Shown here in pieces: positions 10,319 to 20,066 of a DNA stretch of 64,000 bases (positions are counted from its first letter, which is position 1; each line of letters begins with the position of its first letter). The notes below the pieces were generated by a model. It was not told the DNA's origin. It ran no database searches and worked only from the letters and a program-made list of their open reading frames with translations. Position numbers and translations under genes: made by a program. The stretch covers positions 384,001 to 448,000 of the forward strand of contig OZ242358.1 of assembly GCA_965208835.1 (NCBI GenBank), written 5' to 3'. Source of the DNA: Candidatus Latescibacterota bacterium (GTDB lineage Bacteria; Latescibacterota; UBA2968; GCA-2709665).

Positions 10319-10476
10319 TCTTGAGGAACACGCCGTAGGCAGGGAATTTGGGGAGATGTGGATTTTGAATTTGGATTGCGCCTTTGGCTGATAACTTATA
10401 GCTCCGCACTCACGGGGAACCGTTTTAAAAACGCTTGAAGTGCCTTTTGAGAGGACTTTCAAAGGAGACACTGAAG

Positions 10477-11658
10477 ATGACACACGAGGTTCCACCAATG
10501 TACTCCGGTATCAGGATCACCGCAGTGGACACCTTCCTGGTGGAAGGGAACTGCTGTTTCGTGAAGATCAGCACGAACGAGGGGATCACCGGACTCGGCG
10601 AGGGTTCGATCAGCGACAACAAGGTGGGTACCATCGCCCAGTGCGTCAAGGACTTCGAAGGCCACCTCATCGGCAGGAATCCAACGGATATCGAACATCT
10701 CTGGCAGGGGCTTTTCAGGTGGAACCGGTGGCACGTGGGCGTGCTGTTCACCACCGCTCTGAGCGCAATCGATATCGCCCTGTGGGATATTCTGGGAAAG
10801 ATCGCGGGTCTGCCCATCTACAAACTTCTCGGAGGCGCCGCGCGGGACCGGGTCCGCATCTACGCCGGCGGCGGGGGAAAAGCGGGCGTGCAGCGCGCCC
10901 GGGCCATGGGATGCAATGCCGTCAAGACGGGACCCCCGGTGACCAGGGTCGGCGATCCACTCACGGTGCCCATGCCCTGGGACCTGAAGCGTGCGGTTGC
11001 TCAGATCGAGGAAATGCGCATTGAAGGAGGCGATGACTTCGATATCCTCATCGACGCCCACGGCCGGCTGACGCCGACCATGGCCCTGGAGTACTGCAAG
11101 GCCGTCGAACCCTACCGACCCTTCTGGGTGGAGGAGCCGATTCAGGTGGAAGGATCCAACGACGCACTCGAGTGGCTGAGCGTCCGCACCACGGTGCCTC
11201 TGTGCATGGGCGAACGGAATTTCACCAAGTGGGGCTTCCAGGACATCATCGCCAAACGCCTGGTGAGCTACCTCAATCCGGACATCGTCCATTGCGGCGG
11301 CATCTCGGAGTTCAAGAAGATTGCGGCCATGGCGGAGGCGCAGTACATCCAGGTCTCACCACACATCACCTACAGCCGGGTGGGCGTGGCCGCCGAGATC
11401 CACATGGGCCTGAACTGCCCGAACAGCGTGATCCAGGAAATGGCTTCCTATGCAGACGACTCCACCAGAGAAAAGACCGACTGGCGGGACGACCTGTTCT
11501 ACGGGCACCGGTTCCAGGTCGAGGACGGCTTCGTGACGTTGCCGGACACGCCCGGTCTCGGCCTCGAGCTGAACGAGGGGGTCGCCCGGGCGCATCCCTA
11601 CAAACAGCAACTCCGCGAGGAACTCAGGTACGAGGACGGATCGGTGGAGGACAACTGA
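10477..11658 (+). CDS. Mandelate racemase/galactonate dehydratase-family enolase
   Basis: SAIDIALWDILGK, LIDAHG, WVEEP, GER, CGGISE, PGLGLE. Confidence 0.9.
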   Translation: MTHEVPPMYSGIRITAVDTFLVEGNCCFVKISTNEGITGLGEGSISDNKVGTIAQCVKDFEGHLIGRNPTDIEHLWQGLFRWNRWHVGVLFTTALSAIDIALWDILGKIAGLPIYKLLGGAARDRVRIYAGGGGKAGVQRARAMGCNAVKTGPPVTRVGDPLTVPMPWDLKRAVAQIEEMRIEGGDDFDILIDAHGRLTPTMALEYCKAVEPYRPFWVEEPIQVEGSNDALEWLSVRTTVPLCMGERNFTKWGFQDIIAKRLVSYLNPDIVHCGGISEFKKIAAMAEAQYIQVSPHITYSRVGVAAEIHMGLNCPNSVIQEMASYADDSTREKTDWRDDLFYGHRFQVEDGFVTLPDTPGLGLELNEGVARAHPYKQQLREELRYEDGSVEDN

Positions 11659-11690
11659 AGAGCAAGAAGTCAACCCGCGATTGCTGTCTG

Positions 11691-13850
11691 TCAGGTATTC
11701 ATCACGACCGCCGCGTGGCTTTCCGGCCCGCAAACCCCCGCGCTGTTGCGCACCTTGAGCCGCAGTTTGTTCAGGCCTTCGCGCAGCCTCCACTCCAGCG
11801 AGGGGGTTGTTTGTTCCCTCCATTCGGCTCTGTCGATTTTCACCAGAAACGCGTCAAAGCAAGGCGTTTCGGTATCCACATCCACGCGCAGGACATCCGG
11901 CTCGGTGGTTTCGCTCAAAAAGAGTTCCGTCTGGTTTAGAGGGGGACTGAAATCCTGCCAGCGCCTGGTGTGTTGGGGGTATTCACGTTTGCGGGGGAAC
12001 ACATCGCTGTAGAAACAATAGAAGAGATCGCTCCCCCAGTTGCTGGAGAGTCGCCACGGCAGCGGCCATGGCCGGCTGGCGAAGTCGTTGCGCCGAACCA
12101 TTTGCAGGTGTCCCTTGAGCATCAGATGCTCGGGTCCTCCGCTCAGGTCGTCAATTGAAAACGCATTGTCGCCCTGGCGATAGGCAACGCGAGCGGCACG
12201 GAGCATTTCGAGGTCCGGCAGGCGCCACTGGATGGGATATTCCCAGGTTGCCGGCCCGGGCATGATTTCGGCCAGGCGCCCGCTGATTTCCACCAGACTC
12301 AGGGGAATTCCCGTGTTGGGATCGTAAATGTAGTAATCGCGCGTCGCATCCAGGAAAATCCACTTGTCGTATTCGTTGGACCATACTTCCGCCACTTCGT
12401 GCCCGTAAGTGTGTTTAGTCGAGATGTTGACCCAGCGGGCTGGAAAGCCCATGGCCAGACAGGCGGCGATCAAGGTCAGGTTACAGTAGAGGCAGTGGCC
12501 GTCTCGCCGGCGCATCCGGTAGTCGCCGAGCAGGGTGGGGCGTCCGCTTGCATCCCTTTCGAGTTGAGGCAGATCGAAGTAATTCCATTGGTACGCGTCC
12601 AGGCGACCGAGCGGCACTTTGTAGGCCCAGTGCATGAGTTTCAGCTGGGCTTCGAATTCGGTCGCCGCGTCAGAGATCACCGCGTCCAGTTCAAACCGGT
12701 GGCGCAGTTCGTTCAGGCGGGCGAAATCTTCGTGGAGGTAGGGCAGGGAAGGGCGGATCACGCGACCGTTTCGGAACCGGTGAAGGTGGTAGCATCTTTT
12801 TGGCCGGTGTTTGTGCTCGCTGCACTTCACTTCCACGGAAATACCCTTGAACACCGGCGTCACCAGCGGATTGCGGGCGTGCATGACAATCCTGAACTGC
12901 AAGTAGCGTCCGGCCCGTTCGCACCACGTCCTCGAAAAATTCGATACGGACTCGAAAGAGGACCATGTGGCGGCACCTGGCACTGGATTATCGCCCAGAC
13001 GTGCCTCTATTTCCACCTGGCTTCCCTCGGGCACATCCAACTCCCATCCTACTTCGCACGCTTCTATTTCGAGCAGTTTCCCGATTCCCTTGGGGTCTCC
13101 TCCTTTAGCCAGGTCGATCACGGATGAGACAAAGGTGCCCTGCGGTACGCTGCGATCCAGACTGAGACGGATGGCGTACTCCCCGTCGATTTCATCTTTA
13201 CAGCCCAGGTGCTCAAAGTCCCAGATGCGGCCGCCGTCCCGGCTCTTGGCGCTGCGGTTTGGGTGGCAGAGTCGCGTTTCGGAGCCACGCTTATATTCTC
13301 CATCGGCGGCCAACATGATTTCCCAACTGGTCTCCTCCGAATCGGTCCACAGGACGAATTCATTGGTACCCTGCCGCAGGGTTTCCACCGGCACGGGTAC
13401 CTCGAACCAGTTGTCGAAGTGCGAGCCGCCCCAGTCGCTGGTATAGTATTGGCGAGCGGTTGGGTGGGCAATCTTGCTCGGTGGTCGGATTATGTGGTGA
13501 CCATTGATGGAGATGTGGAGCGCATGGTCATTGTCGTCCATCTCCCGTCCGTTGAAGATCAGATAGGCAGCTTTGGCGCGAGGATCGTCCAGGACCAGGT
13601 CTTTGCGGATCATCACGCCTGCCTGCAATATCTCAAACCACGACCGGTCCTCAGCGCCCTCGGGGCGGCCGATGGCCGGCGCATCGTCTTCGAACAGGAG
13701 CATATCATTGAGGACGATCGCCTCTTTCAGCTCGCAGTATTGGAGTTGATCGAACTGGCCCCGCGCTTCGAGCGCAGCGGCATCGAGCGCAAAACAGAAA
13801 TCGCTCTCCGTCGACATATTTTGATACTCCTCTGACTCGTTCCAGGTCAT
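11691..13850 (-). CDS. Large transglutaminase-like domain protein
   Basis: GHCLYC...GHEVAEVWSNEYDKWIFLDAT Cys-His-Asp triad; ATG 13850 overlaps upstream stop (ATGA). Confidence 0.72.
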   Translation of the reverse strand: MTWNESEEYQNMSTESDFCFALDAAALEARGQFDQLQYCELKEAIVLNDMLLFEDDAPAIGRPEGAEDRSWFEILQAGVMIRKDLVLDDPRAKAAYLIFNGREMDDNDHALHISINGHHIIRPPSKIAHPTARQYYTSDWGGSHFDNWFEVPVPVETLRQGTNEFVLWTDSEETSWEIMLAADGEYKRGSETRLCHPNRSAKSRDGGRIWDFEHLGCKDEIDGEYAIRLSLDRSVPQGTFVSSVIDLAKGGDPKGIGKLLEIEACEVGWELDVPEGSQVEIEARLGDNPVPGAATWSSFESVSNFSRTWCERAGRYLQFRIVMHARNPLVTPVFKGISVEVKCSEHKHRPKRCYHLHRFRNGRVIRPSLPYLHEDFARLNELRHRFELDAVISDAATEFEAQLKLMHWAYKVPLGRLDAYQWNYFDLPQLERDASGRPTLLGDYRMRRRDGHCLYCNLTLIAACLAMGFPARWVNISTKHTYGHEVAEVWSNEYDKWIFLDATRDYYIYDPNTGIPLSLVEISGRLAEIMPGPATWEYPIQWRLPDLEMLRAARVAYRQGDNAFSIDDLSGGPEHLMLKGHLQMVRRNDFASRPWPLPWRLSSNWGSDLFYCFYSDVFPRKREYPQHTRRWQDFSPPLNQTELFLSETTEPDVLRVDVDTETPCFDAFLVKIDRAEWREQTTPSLEWRLREGLNKLRLKVRNSAGVCGPESHAAVVMNT

Positions 13851-14902
13851 CTCCACGCCGCGCGCAGCAGGCGGAGCCAGTTTTCGTGCATGACGTCGGC
13901 AACGGCGGCCTGCGAGTAACCGCGCCCTTCGAGGATGGCGGGAATCTTCCGCAGGTCGGCGATCGTGTCGAGATCGGACGGGCACTGCTCCTTGCCGAAG
14001 CCGCCGTCCAGGTCGGTGCCGATGGCGGCGTGGCGCGAGTTCCCGGTCAGCTGGCAGACATGGTCGATGTGGTCCACCACGGTCTCCAGCGTGATGCCCG
14101 TGTTGTCCATGGCGGCCGGGTCCCACAAGGGAGAGATCATCCAGACGTCCATGGCTGTGCCAATGACGCCCCCGCGCTGCGCCAGCGTCTTGATCTGTCG
14201 ATCGTCGAGCTGGCGGTCGTGGTCGCACAGGGTCCGGCAGCAGTTGTGCGTGGCCACCACGGGACCGCTGAAGACCTCCAGGGCTTCCCAGAATGCCTGC
14301 TCGGCCAGGTGGCTCACATCGAGGATGATCCCGGCAGCCTCCAGGGTTTCGAGCATGGGGCGGCCTCTGGCCGTCAGGCCGCCGGGAGCCTGGGTCCCGT
14401 GTGAGTAGGCGCTGACCCCGTAGTGACACAGGCTCACGATCCTCAGGCCTTCATCCCACCACTCCGGTACCTGTTTCGGTGTCACAATACCGTCCGCCCC
14501 TTCCATGCTGAGGACGAACCCCAGCGGGGTTGTCTGCGGATCGTTATGCCACTCGGCAAGATGGGCGTCGAGTCCGGCGCGATCGCTTATCTGGCGCAAG
14601 ACACCCCTGGCCTCCATCAGGCGGTAGTAGGCTAACTCGCCCTTGCATCTGGCGTAGGCGATGTCCTGCGTGCGTACCCCGGGAAAGCGCTTGCCCATCG
14701 AGGCGAGCCGGGAGTGCACCGTCACGAAGAACAGGCCGATCCCGCCGCGCCGCAGTTCGGCGAAATTCACTGCGTTCAGGCCGCGGCCCTTCTGCGTCAT
14801 TCCGGCTTCGGCCTCGCGTATTCCGGCGATGGGCCGAAGCAGGTCCCGGTCCCATTCGAGCGCGTTGTGGGCGATATCCAGGTGAGAATCGACGATCAGC
14901 AT
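13847..14902 (-). CDS. Membrane dipeptidase (peptidase M19)
   Basis: IVDSHLD, SMEGAD, LDVSHL, THN, IGTDLDGG, ENWLR. Confidence 0.9.
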   Translation of the reverse strand: MLIVDSHLDIAHNALEWDRDLLRPIAGIREAEAGMTQKGRGLNAVNFAELRRGGIGLFFVTVHSRLASMGKRFPGVRTQDIAYARCKGELAYYRLMEARGVLRQISDRAGLDAHLAEWHNDPQTTPLGFVLSMEGADGIVTPKQVPEWWDEGLRIVSLCHYGVSAYSHGTQAPGGLTARGRPMLETLEAAGIILDVSHLAEQAFWEALEVFSGPVVATHNCCRTLCDHDRQLDDRQIKTLAQRGGVIGTAMDVWMISPLWDPAAMDNTGITLETVVDHIDHVCQLTGNSRHAAIGTDLDGGFGKEQCPSDLDTIADLRKIPAILEGRGYSQAAVADVMHENWLRLLRAAWR

Positions 14903-14970
14903 GGAGGTTCTCCCATCGGAAATGTCATAAGGCGATCGATCCTCTTTCACGGCATGATCTGCAAGTATCC

Positions 14971-15121
14971 GGAGCGAGGGCATCCCTGCCCTCGAACTTC
15001 GAGAAACCGACGAATCTCCACATCAATGGCCAATTGCTTCTCTTCCATCCGAAACCACATCTGGAATGACGGCACAAAGATCTCTTATGTTCGCCGTCGA
15101 GGGCAGGGATGCCCTCGCTCC
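14971..15121. repeat. Inverted pair of GGAG-type REP-like palindromes (REPIN-like)
   Basis: GGAGCGAGGGCATCCCTGCCCTCG at 14971-14994 and its exact reverse complement at 15098-15121. Confidence 0.8.
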
Positions 15122-15290
15122 CGGGAAAGGCAATCGTGGCCATTTCGCCATTATAATCTGCTCGCCGTCGATCGCGACCTTCTAATGACCTCCCGCGGGT
15201 GTGCGGCTTTTGGTTCCTCAGGTCACTTTGTTCTTGGACAGCAGTGCTTGCGGCTGATAGCTGACGGCTTTATTTCCTGTTGACGATGTA

Positions 15291-16784
15291 TCACTTTTCA
15301 ATTCTCTCAAACAGCGCCTCGACCTCCGCCTCCTTTTCCTCACTGCGTCTGGAGATATAACCCTCTCCGAAGTAGATGACCAGCGCGACCAGGATCTCCA
15401 CACCCGTGTATATCTCGAACCTGTCCGTGTATTGAATCGCGATGAAGTAGGTGATGACGCCACCGATAAACGACAGGATCGCACCACGCGCCGTCGGGCG
15501 CTTCCATATCATCCCGAACATCAACGGGATCGCGATGGGCGACAGGAGGCCGCCGAACAGCTTTACCGTGAGGCCGAACACCTTGTTCATGCCCTGGCTC
15601 TGGGAGATCACGATTGCGGTCACCAGAACCGCGAGCCCGAAGATCGCCGTTATCGTCATGCCCGCCCTGAACAGCGCCCTGTCGTCGATCTCGCGCCTGA
15701 AGTTCCGCTGGTAGAAGTCTTTGGTGAATACCGCGGCCAACGCGTTGATATCGCTGTCGATCATCGACATCGTCGCGGCAAACATCGAGCATACCAGCAG
15801 TCCGATCAGCCCCGGCGCCAGAGCGGAGAGGATCTTCTGGGTTACGAGGATATACGTCTGGTCCAGGTCGAAACCGGCGATTGGCAGAAGTGTCTGAGGA
15901 TCGAAGTACTCGGGGATCAACAGCGGCGCCGCCCAGGCGGGGACGAAGATGACGATGGGATAGAACAGATAGAGAATCGCCGACAAGAGGGCCGCCTTCT
16001 GGGCATCCCTCGGCTTGTCCACCGACACGAATCGCTGCGCCAGACCCCAGGTCCCTCCGTTGTAACTGAAGATGATCACAACCACGTAGACCAGCCAGAA
16101 GCTCACACCGATACCGCCCGACGCGTTGAAAAAGCCGGCACGCTCCCGTGGCAGACTGTCCCACATCGCGTTCCAGCCCCCCACCATGTCCAGCGCGATA
16201 AACAGCACGGCCAGACTCATGACGAGCTGGACAACGAACTGTACCAGGTCCGTAAGTACCGTCGCCCACAAGCCGCCGATGAACACGTACGCGATGGTGA
16301 TCAGACCCGAAACGACGATCACGGGAAGCACCGCCCAGCCGGTAACCACGTGAACCACGATCGAGATCGCAAACAGCTTGATGCCCAGGTCGATAAACTT
16401 GATGAGGATACCCGACACCGCGATCAGGCCCCTCACGGAATTGCCGTAACGCGCTTCCAGGTATTCCACCGGCGTGAGCACTTTCAGCCTGGACCATCGC
16501 GGCGCCCACACGAGGCATCCGATCACCAGCGCCACGAACACCCCGAGCGAAAACAGGGTCCACATGCTGAATCCCGTCACCGCCGCGCGGCCGGCAAATC
16601 CCACGAATGCAACCGCGCTGTATCCCGAAACATGGTGCGAGATGGCCGCCATCCACCAGGGCAACCCGTGCCCCGCCACGAAGTACTGTTCCACGTTGGC
16701 GGACTTCCGCTTCGCCAGGATTCCTATCCAGGCCATCAAAACCGCGTAGACCGCGATAACGCCATAATCGATTTGTGTGAGCAT
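15291..16784 (-). CDS. Sodium:solute symporter
   Basis: YFVAGHGLPWW, TPVEYLEARYG, GGLWATVLTD, AQRF, AATMS..DS; RBS before ATG 16784. Confidence 0.92.
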   Translation of the reverse strand: MLTQIDYGVIAVYAVLMAWIGILAKRKSANVEQYFVAGHGLPWWMAAISHHVSGYSAVAFVGFAGRAAVTGFSMWTLFSLGVFVALVIGCLVWAPRWSRLKVLTPVEYLEARYGNSVRGLIAVSGILIKFIDLGIKLFAISIVVHVVTGWAVLPVIVVSGLITIAYVFIGGLWATVLTDLVQFVVQLVMSLAVLFIALDMVGGWNAMWDSLPRERAGFFNASGGIGVSFWLVYVVVIIFSYNGGTWGLAQRFVSVDKPRDAQKAALLSAILYLFYPIVIFVPAWAAPLLIPEYFDPQTLLPIAGFDLDQTYILVTQKILSALAPGLIGLLVCSMFAATMSMIDSDINALAAVFTKDFYQRNFRREIDDRALFRAGMTITAIFGLAVLVTAIVISQSQGMNKVFGLTVKLFGGLLSPIAIPLMFGMIWKRPTARGAILSFIGGVITYFIAIQYTDRFEIYTGVEILVALVIYFGEGYISRRSEEKEAEVEALFERIEK

Positions 16785-17044
16785 ATAACCTTTCTGTAAA
16801 GACATCCTGTTAACAAGCCGTCAGGTATGCGCGGTGATCTCGCCCCCCGGCCTCCTACAACAGAGCCATCAGCCATCAGCCAGAAGCAGAAACCGAATCA
16901 GTTGACATCAGCGCAATTATGTGGACGATCGCGAAGGGCGCAGACCTCTCCCCCCAGCCCCCTCTCCCAAGGGAGTGGGGGAGTAGAAGCAGGGGTTGAC
17001 CCAATGTCTCTTCTTTATCGCAAGTCAGCGATGGGCGGATAGAT

Positions 17045-18781
17045 TCACCATCCGATAGCGTACGACGTTGAGCGAGGGTCCGCGCCGCCGGCGCGCGTCC
17101 CAGTTTCCGGATCGACCGTAATGGCGCACACCCGGCTGACTCCGGAGCTCCATTCGTCATTATCGTCGACGATGTGCCCTCGATCTCGCAGATCTTCGCG
17201 GACGTGCGGGGCGATGCGGGCTTCGACCGTTACCTCGCCGGGCAATGATCCGTGGGGCCAGAACGAATTCGGAAAGCTGTGGCTGATGACGCGCGGTGCG
17301 TCTATCGCTTCCTGAGGTTCCATACCAAACTCGATGATATTGAGGAACACCTGCAGCATCCCCTGGACCTGCGCATCGCCGCCGGGACAACCAAAGGGCA
17401 TAAACGGCCTGCCATCCTTCAGGACCAGCGCGGGATTCGGGGTGAGGCGCGGACGCTTCCACGGCTGCAGACATGAGGGATGCGCCGGATCGAGCCACGT
17501 CTGCGTGCCGCGTCCCGAGACTGGAAAACCCAGGCCCGGCACGACAGGGGTCCAACCGACCACGTCGGACGGGGTCGAAGAAAAGGCGTTGCCCTGTTCG
17601 TCCACCACGCAGAGGTAACTGGTGTCGCTTTCCCAATGAGACAGTCGCTCCGGTTGCGGGCGGTCCGGATCCAGCGTCGGGAAGGGACCGTTTTCCCCCC
17701 GCTGTTCCGGATGGAACGGCCACGGATCGCCGGCGCGCGGCATGTCGGCCGCGGCACGATCCGGATCAATGGCGTTCCGTCTTCCAGCGGCATAGCGCTC
17801 ATCAAGTAAACCCGCCAGCGGCACCTGCACGAAATCGGGGTCGCCGAAGTACGCCTCGCGATCGGCAAACACCAGTTTGATCCCCTCGATAATCGCATGG
17901 AGATAGTCCGTGGATTCGTGCCCAATTCTCCGCAGGTCAATTCCTTCGAGGATCTTCAGCGCCATGTTCAACGTTGGCCCCTGGCACCAGGGACCGCAGG
18001 TATAGACGTCATAGCCCTTGTAGGTGATGTGTGCGGGGGGTTCGACCCGGGCTGAGAATGCCGCAAGATCCTCGTACGTGAGCAGGCCCCCTTCCCGCGC
18101 GTAGAATTCGGCAATTTCCCGTGCGATTTCACCCTTGTAGATCAGATCGCGCGCGGCCCTGATTCCCGTTACCCGATCGCCGCGTGCCCCCCGTTCGGCA
18201 TCGATCATCCGCCGGAAAGTGTTCGCCAGGTCCTTCTGGCAGAAAACTTCCCCGATCTGTGGAATGTGTCCCCCGGGATTGAAAACGGCAGTTGTCGACG
18301 GCGCATCTCCCAGTGCTCCGCTGGCGAAGGCGTGGAACTGATCGTCGACCGGGAGTCCGTTCTCGGCGAGGTCCAGCGCGGGCTGAATGACCTGCTCGAA
18401 GCTCATGGTGCCGAACCGCGCCAGCGCCGTCAACCACGCATCAGGCGATGCCGGCGTAACGGTTCGCAGGATACCGGGGGGCAGGTCGCCGCCGTGATAT
18501 TCCTGAAAGGTGTCGATGCTTGCGGCCCGGGGCCAGCGTCCGAGGCCGCTGATGGTTTCAACTGGCGCGCCCGTTCCCGGGCAATAGATAATCGGCGCGA
18601 CGCCGCCGAAATGAGTGGACCCGGGTTGAAGCACGTTGATGCAGATCCCGGTGGCGACGCCGGCATCGGCAGCATTGCCGCCGTTTTCGAGAATCCGGAC
18701 CCCGCCCATGGTTGCAAGATAGTGCAGCGACGAGACCACATACCGTTTCCCGCGGACCGAAGGGCGATGACTTCCCGGCAT
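17045..18781 (-). CDS. Gamma-glutamyltransferase family (Ntn hydrolase)
   Basis: GGNAADA, DREAYFGDP, nucleophile segment DTSYLCVVDEQGN, KRPRLT, PGGDAQ, GGADPR. Confidence 0.9.
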   Translation of the reverse strand: MPGSHRPSVRGKRYVVSSLHYLATMGGVRILENGGNAADAGVATGICINVLQPGSTHFGGVAPIIYCPGTGAPVETISGLGRWPRAASIDTFQEYHGGDLPPGILRTVTPASPDAWLTALARFGTMSFEQVIQPALDLAENGLPVDDQFHAFASGALGDAPSTTAVFNPGGHIPQIGEVFCQKDLANTFRRMIDAERGARGDRVTGIRAARDLIYKGEIAREIAEFYAREGGLLTYEDLAAFSARVEPPAHITYKGYDVYTCGPWCQGPTLNMALKILEGIDLRRIGHESTDYLHAIIEGIKLVFADREAYFGDPDFVQVPLAGLLDERYAAGRRNAIDPDRAAADMPRAGDPWPFHPEQRGENGPFPTLDPDRPQPERLSHWESDTSYLCVVDEQGNAFSSTPSDVVGWTPVVPGLGFPVSGRGTQTWLDPAHPSCLQPWKRPRLTPNPALVLKDGRPFMPFGCPGGDAQVQGMLQVFLNIIEFGMEPQEAIDAPRVISHSFPNSFWPHGSLPGEVTVEARIAPHVREDLRDRGHIVDDNDEWSSGVSRVCAITVDPETGTRAGGADPRSTSYAIGW

Positions 18782-18921
18782 TCTGATTCGTCCTTCCAAG
18801 GGGCATTACTCAACAAGGCCCGCGATGGTACGGGGCCGAGTACCTGCGCGCGAGGCCATCGGTCATTCCACGGGCGAAAGATACCTGGACGGAACCCGCC
18901 GCGCCGGCATTCGCGACCTGC

Positions 18922-19680
18922 TCAGAACACGCCCGGGATGAGGGCACGGCGGCTGGGCGGGTAGTCCGTGAAGCGTTCCTGGTACCAGCGGTGATTGCTG
19001 CGGGCCCGGGGGACCAGATTGGCGATCGTATAGACGCAGAACGCGAGCCCGCCGGGCGACCACGTGGCGATCGCCCAACCCGTCCATTCCAGAATCTCGC
19101 CGAGGTAGTTCGGGCTGGAGACGTACCGGAAGGCGCCGCGGTCCGGGACGACGTAACCTGCGCCTCCCTGTTTCCGCAGGCCGCGCAGGATGCCGTCGCT
19201 CTGCACATTCAGAACGATGCCACCGGCGAAAACTGCCGCTCCGATCAGGAAACACGGGTTGGTCAGCCATGAAACAGGGTACTCGCCGAGGTGGGAGACG
19301 AACCGGGCATTGACGTAAGCATTCAGCATATTGAAGAAGAACCCCGATCCGGCGACGACAAGCGGCATTCTTCGGCCGGTCCGCATCCGGAACGGGTAGA
19401 TGAGCGTCCGGTTCAGGTAATGGCCCTGCCACATTGCCAGGAAAACCAGCGACAAGAGGTTGCCCCTCAAGCTCCCTTGCAGATAAACGAACAGGAAGAA
19501 GAAGACCGCCGGAGACTCCATGCCGATCCAGCCCGCCCTGCTGGAGACGGCAGGCCCCCAACCGGAGCCCGGAAAGTGGCGGCCGTAAGGCGCCGGTCTC
19601 CGAAGCAAATACAGGAAAGTCACGCCGGCCAGGCCGAATATGACCCATACCAGCAGGCGGTAGATGTCCGGCTCAGTCAT
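18922..19680 (-). CDS. 3-oxo-5-alpha-steroid 4-dehydrogenase (steroid 5-alpha-reductase, SRD5A/DET2-like)
   Basis: APYGRH, WIGMESPA, HYLNRTLIYP, SDGILRGLRK, YVSSPNYLGEILEW, NLVPRARSNHRWY, RRALIP. Confidence 0.9.
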   Translation of the reverse strand: MTEPDIYRLLVWVIFGLAGVTFLYLLRRPAPYGRHFPGSGWGPAVSSRAGWIGMESPAVFFFLFVYLQGSLRGNLLSLVFLAMWQGHYLNRTLIYPFRMRTGRRMPLVVAGSGFFFNMLNAYVNARFVSHLGEYPVSWLTNPCFLIGAAVFAGGIVLNVQSDGILRGLRKQGGAGYVVPDRGAFRYVSSPNYLGEILEWTGWAIATWSPGGLAFCVYTIANLVPRARSNHRWYQERFTDYPPSRRALIPGVF

Positions 19681-19681
19681 A

Positions 19682-19978
19682 TCAGCAGTCACGATCGCAG
19701 AGATCCAGCCTGTGCGCTGTGATGTTGTTCTCGCTGGCGTCGATCTTTCGAAGTTCGTCCTTCAGCGACGATTCCATTTGAGGCACATTGCGCGCGCAGG
19801 TCGCTACGACCGTCGCACCCCAGCCTGCCAGGATCCTCGCGGTTTCGAACCCGAGGGAATTCGGCGACGCCCCGGTTGCGATCACGTGGCGGCCAGTCAT
19901 ATCGACCGGCGTCGCCAACGGTTTACGGCCGCACAGGTGAATCAGATGTTTGGCGAATTTGGAAAGGGCTTGCGGCAT
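19682..19978 (-). pseudogene. Truncated short-chain dehydrogenase (retinol dehydrogenase/WWOX-like)
   Basis: VIATGASPNSLGFETARILA...LDLCD Rossmann start, ends after 98 aa with no YxxxK. Confidence 0.75.
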
Positions 19979-20066
19979 GTCCCCATGAAGGTCGAAGTGG
20001 CTCTCGCGATTACGTGCGATTATCTACAATCCCACGTAAGTCACTTGATATGATTCGCCACGCGAG

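Noticed and set aside
13851-14429. N-terminal extension of the 912-aa ORF 11691..14429
   Set aside because: It overlaps the M19 dipeptidase in another frame and is Arg/Pro-rich noise; ATG 13850 with RBS is the better start
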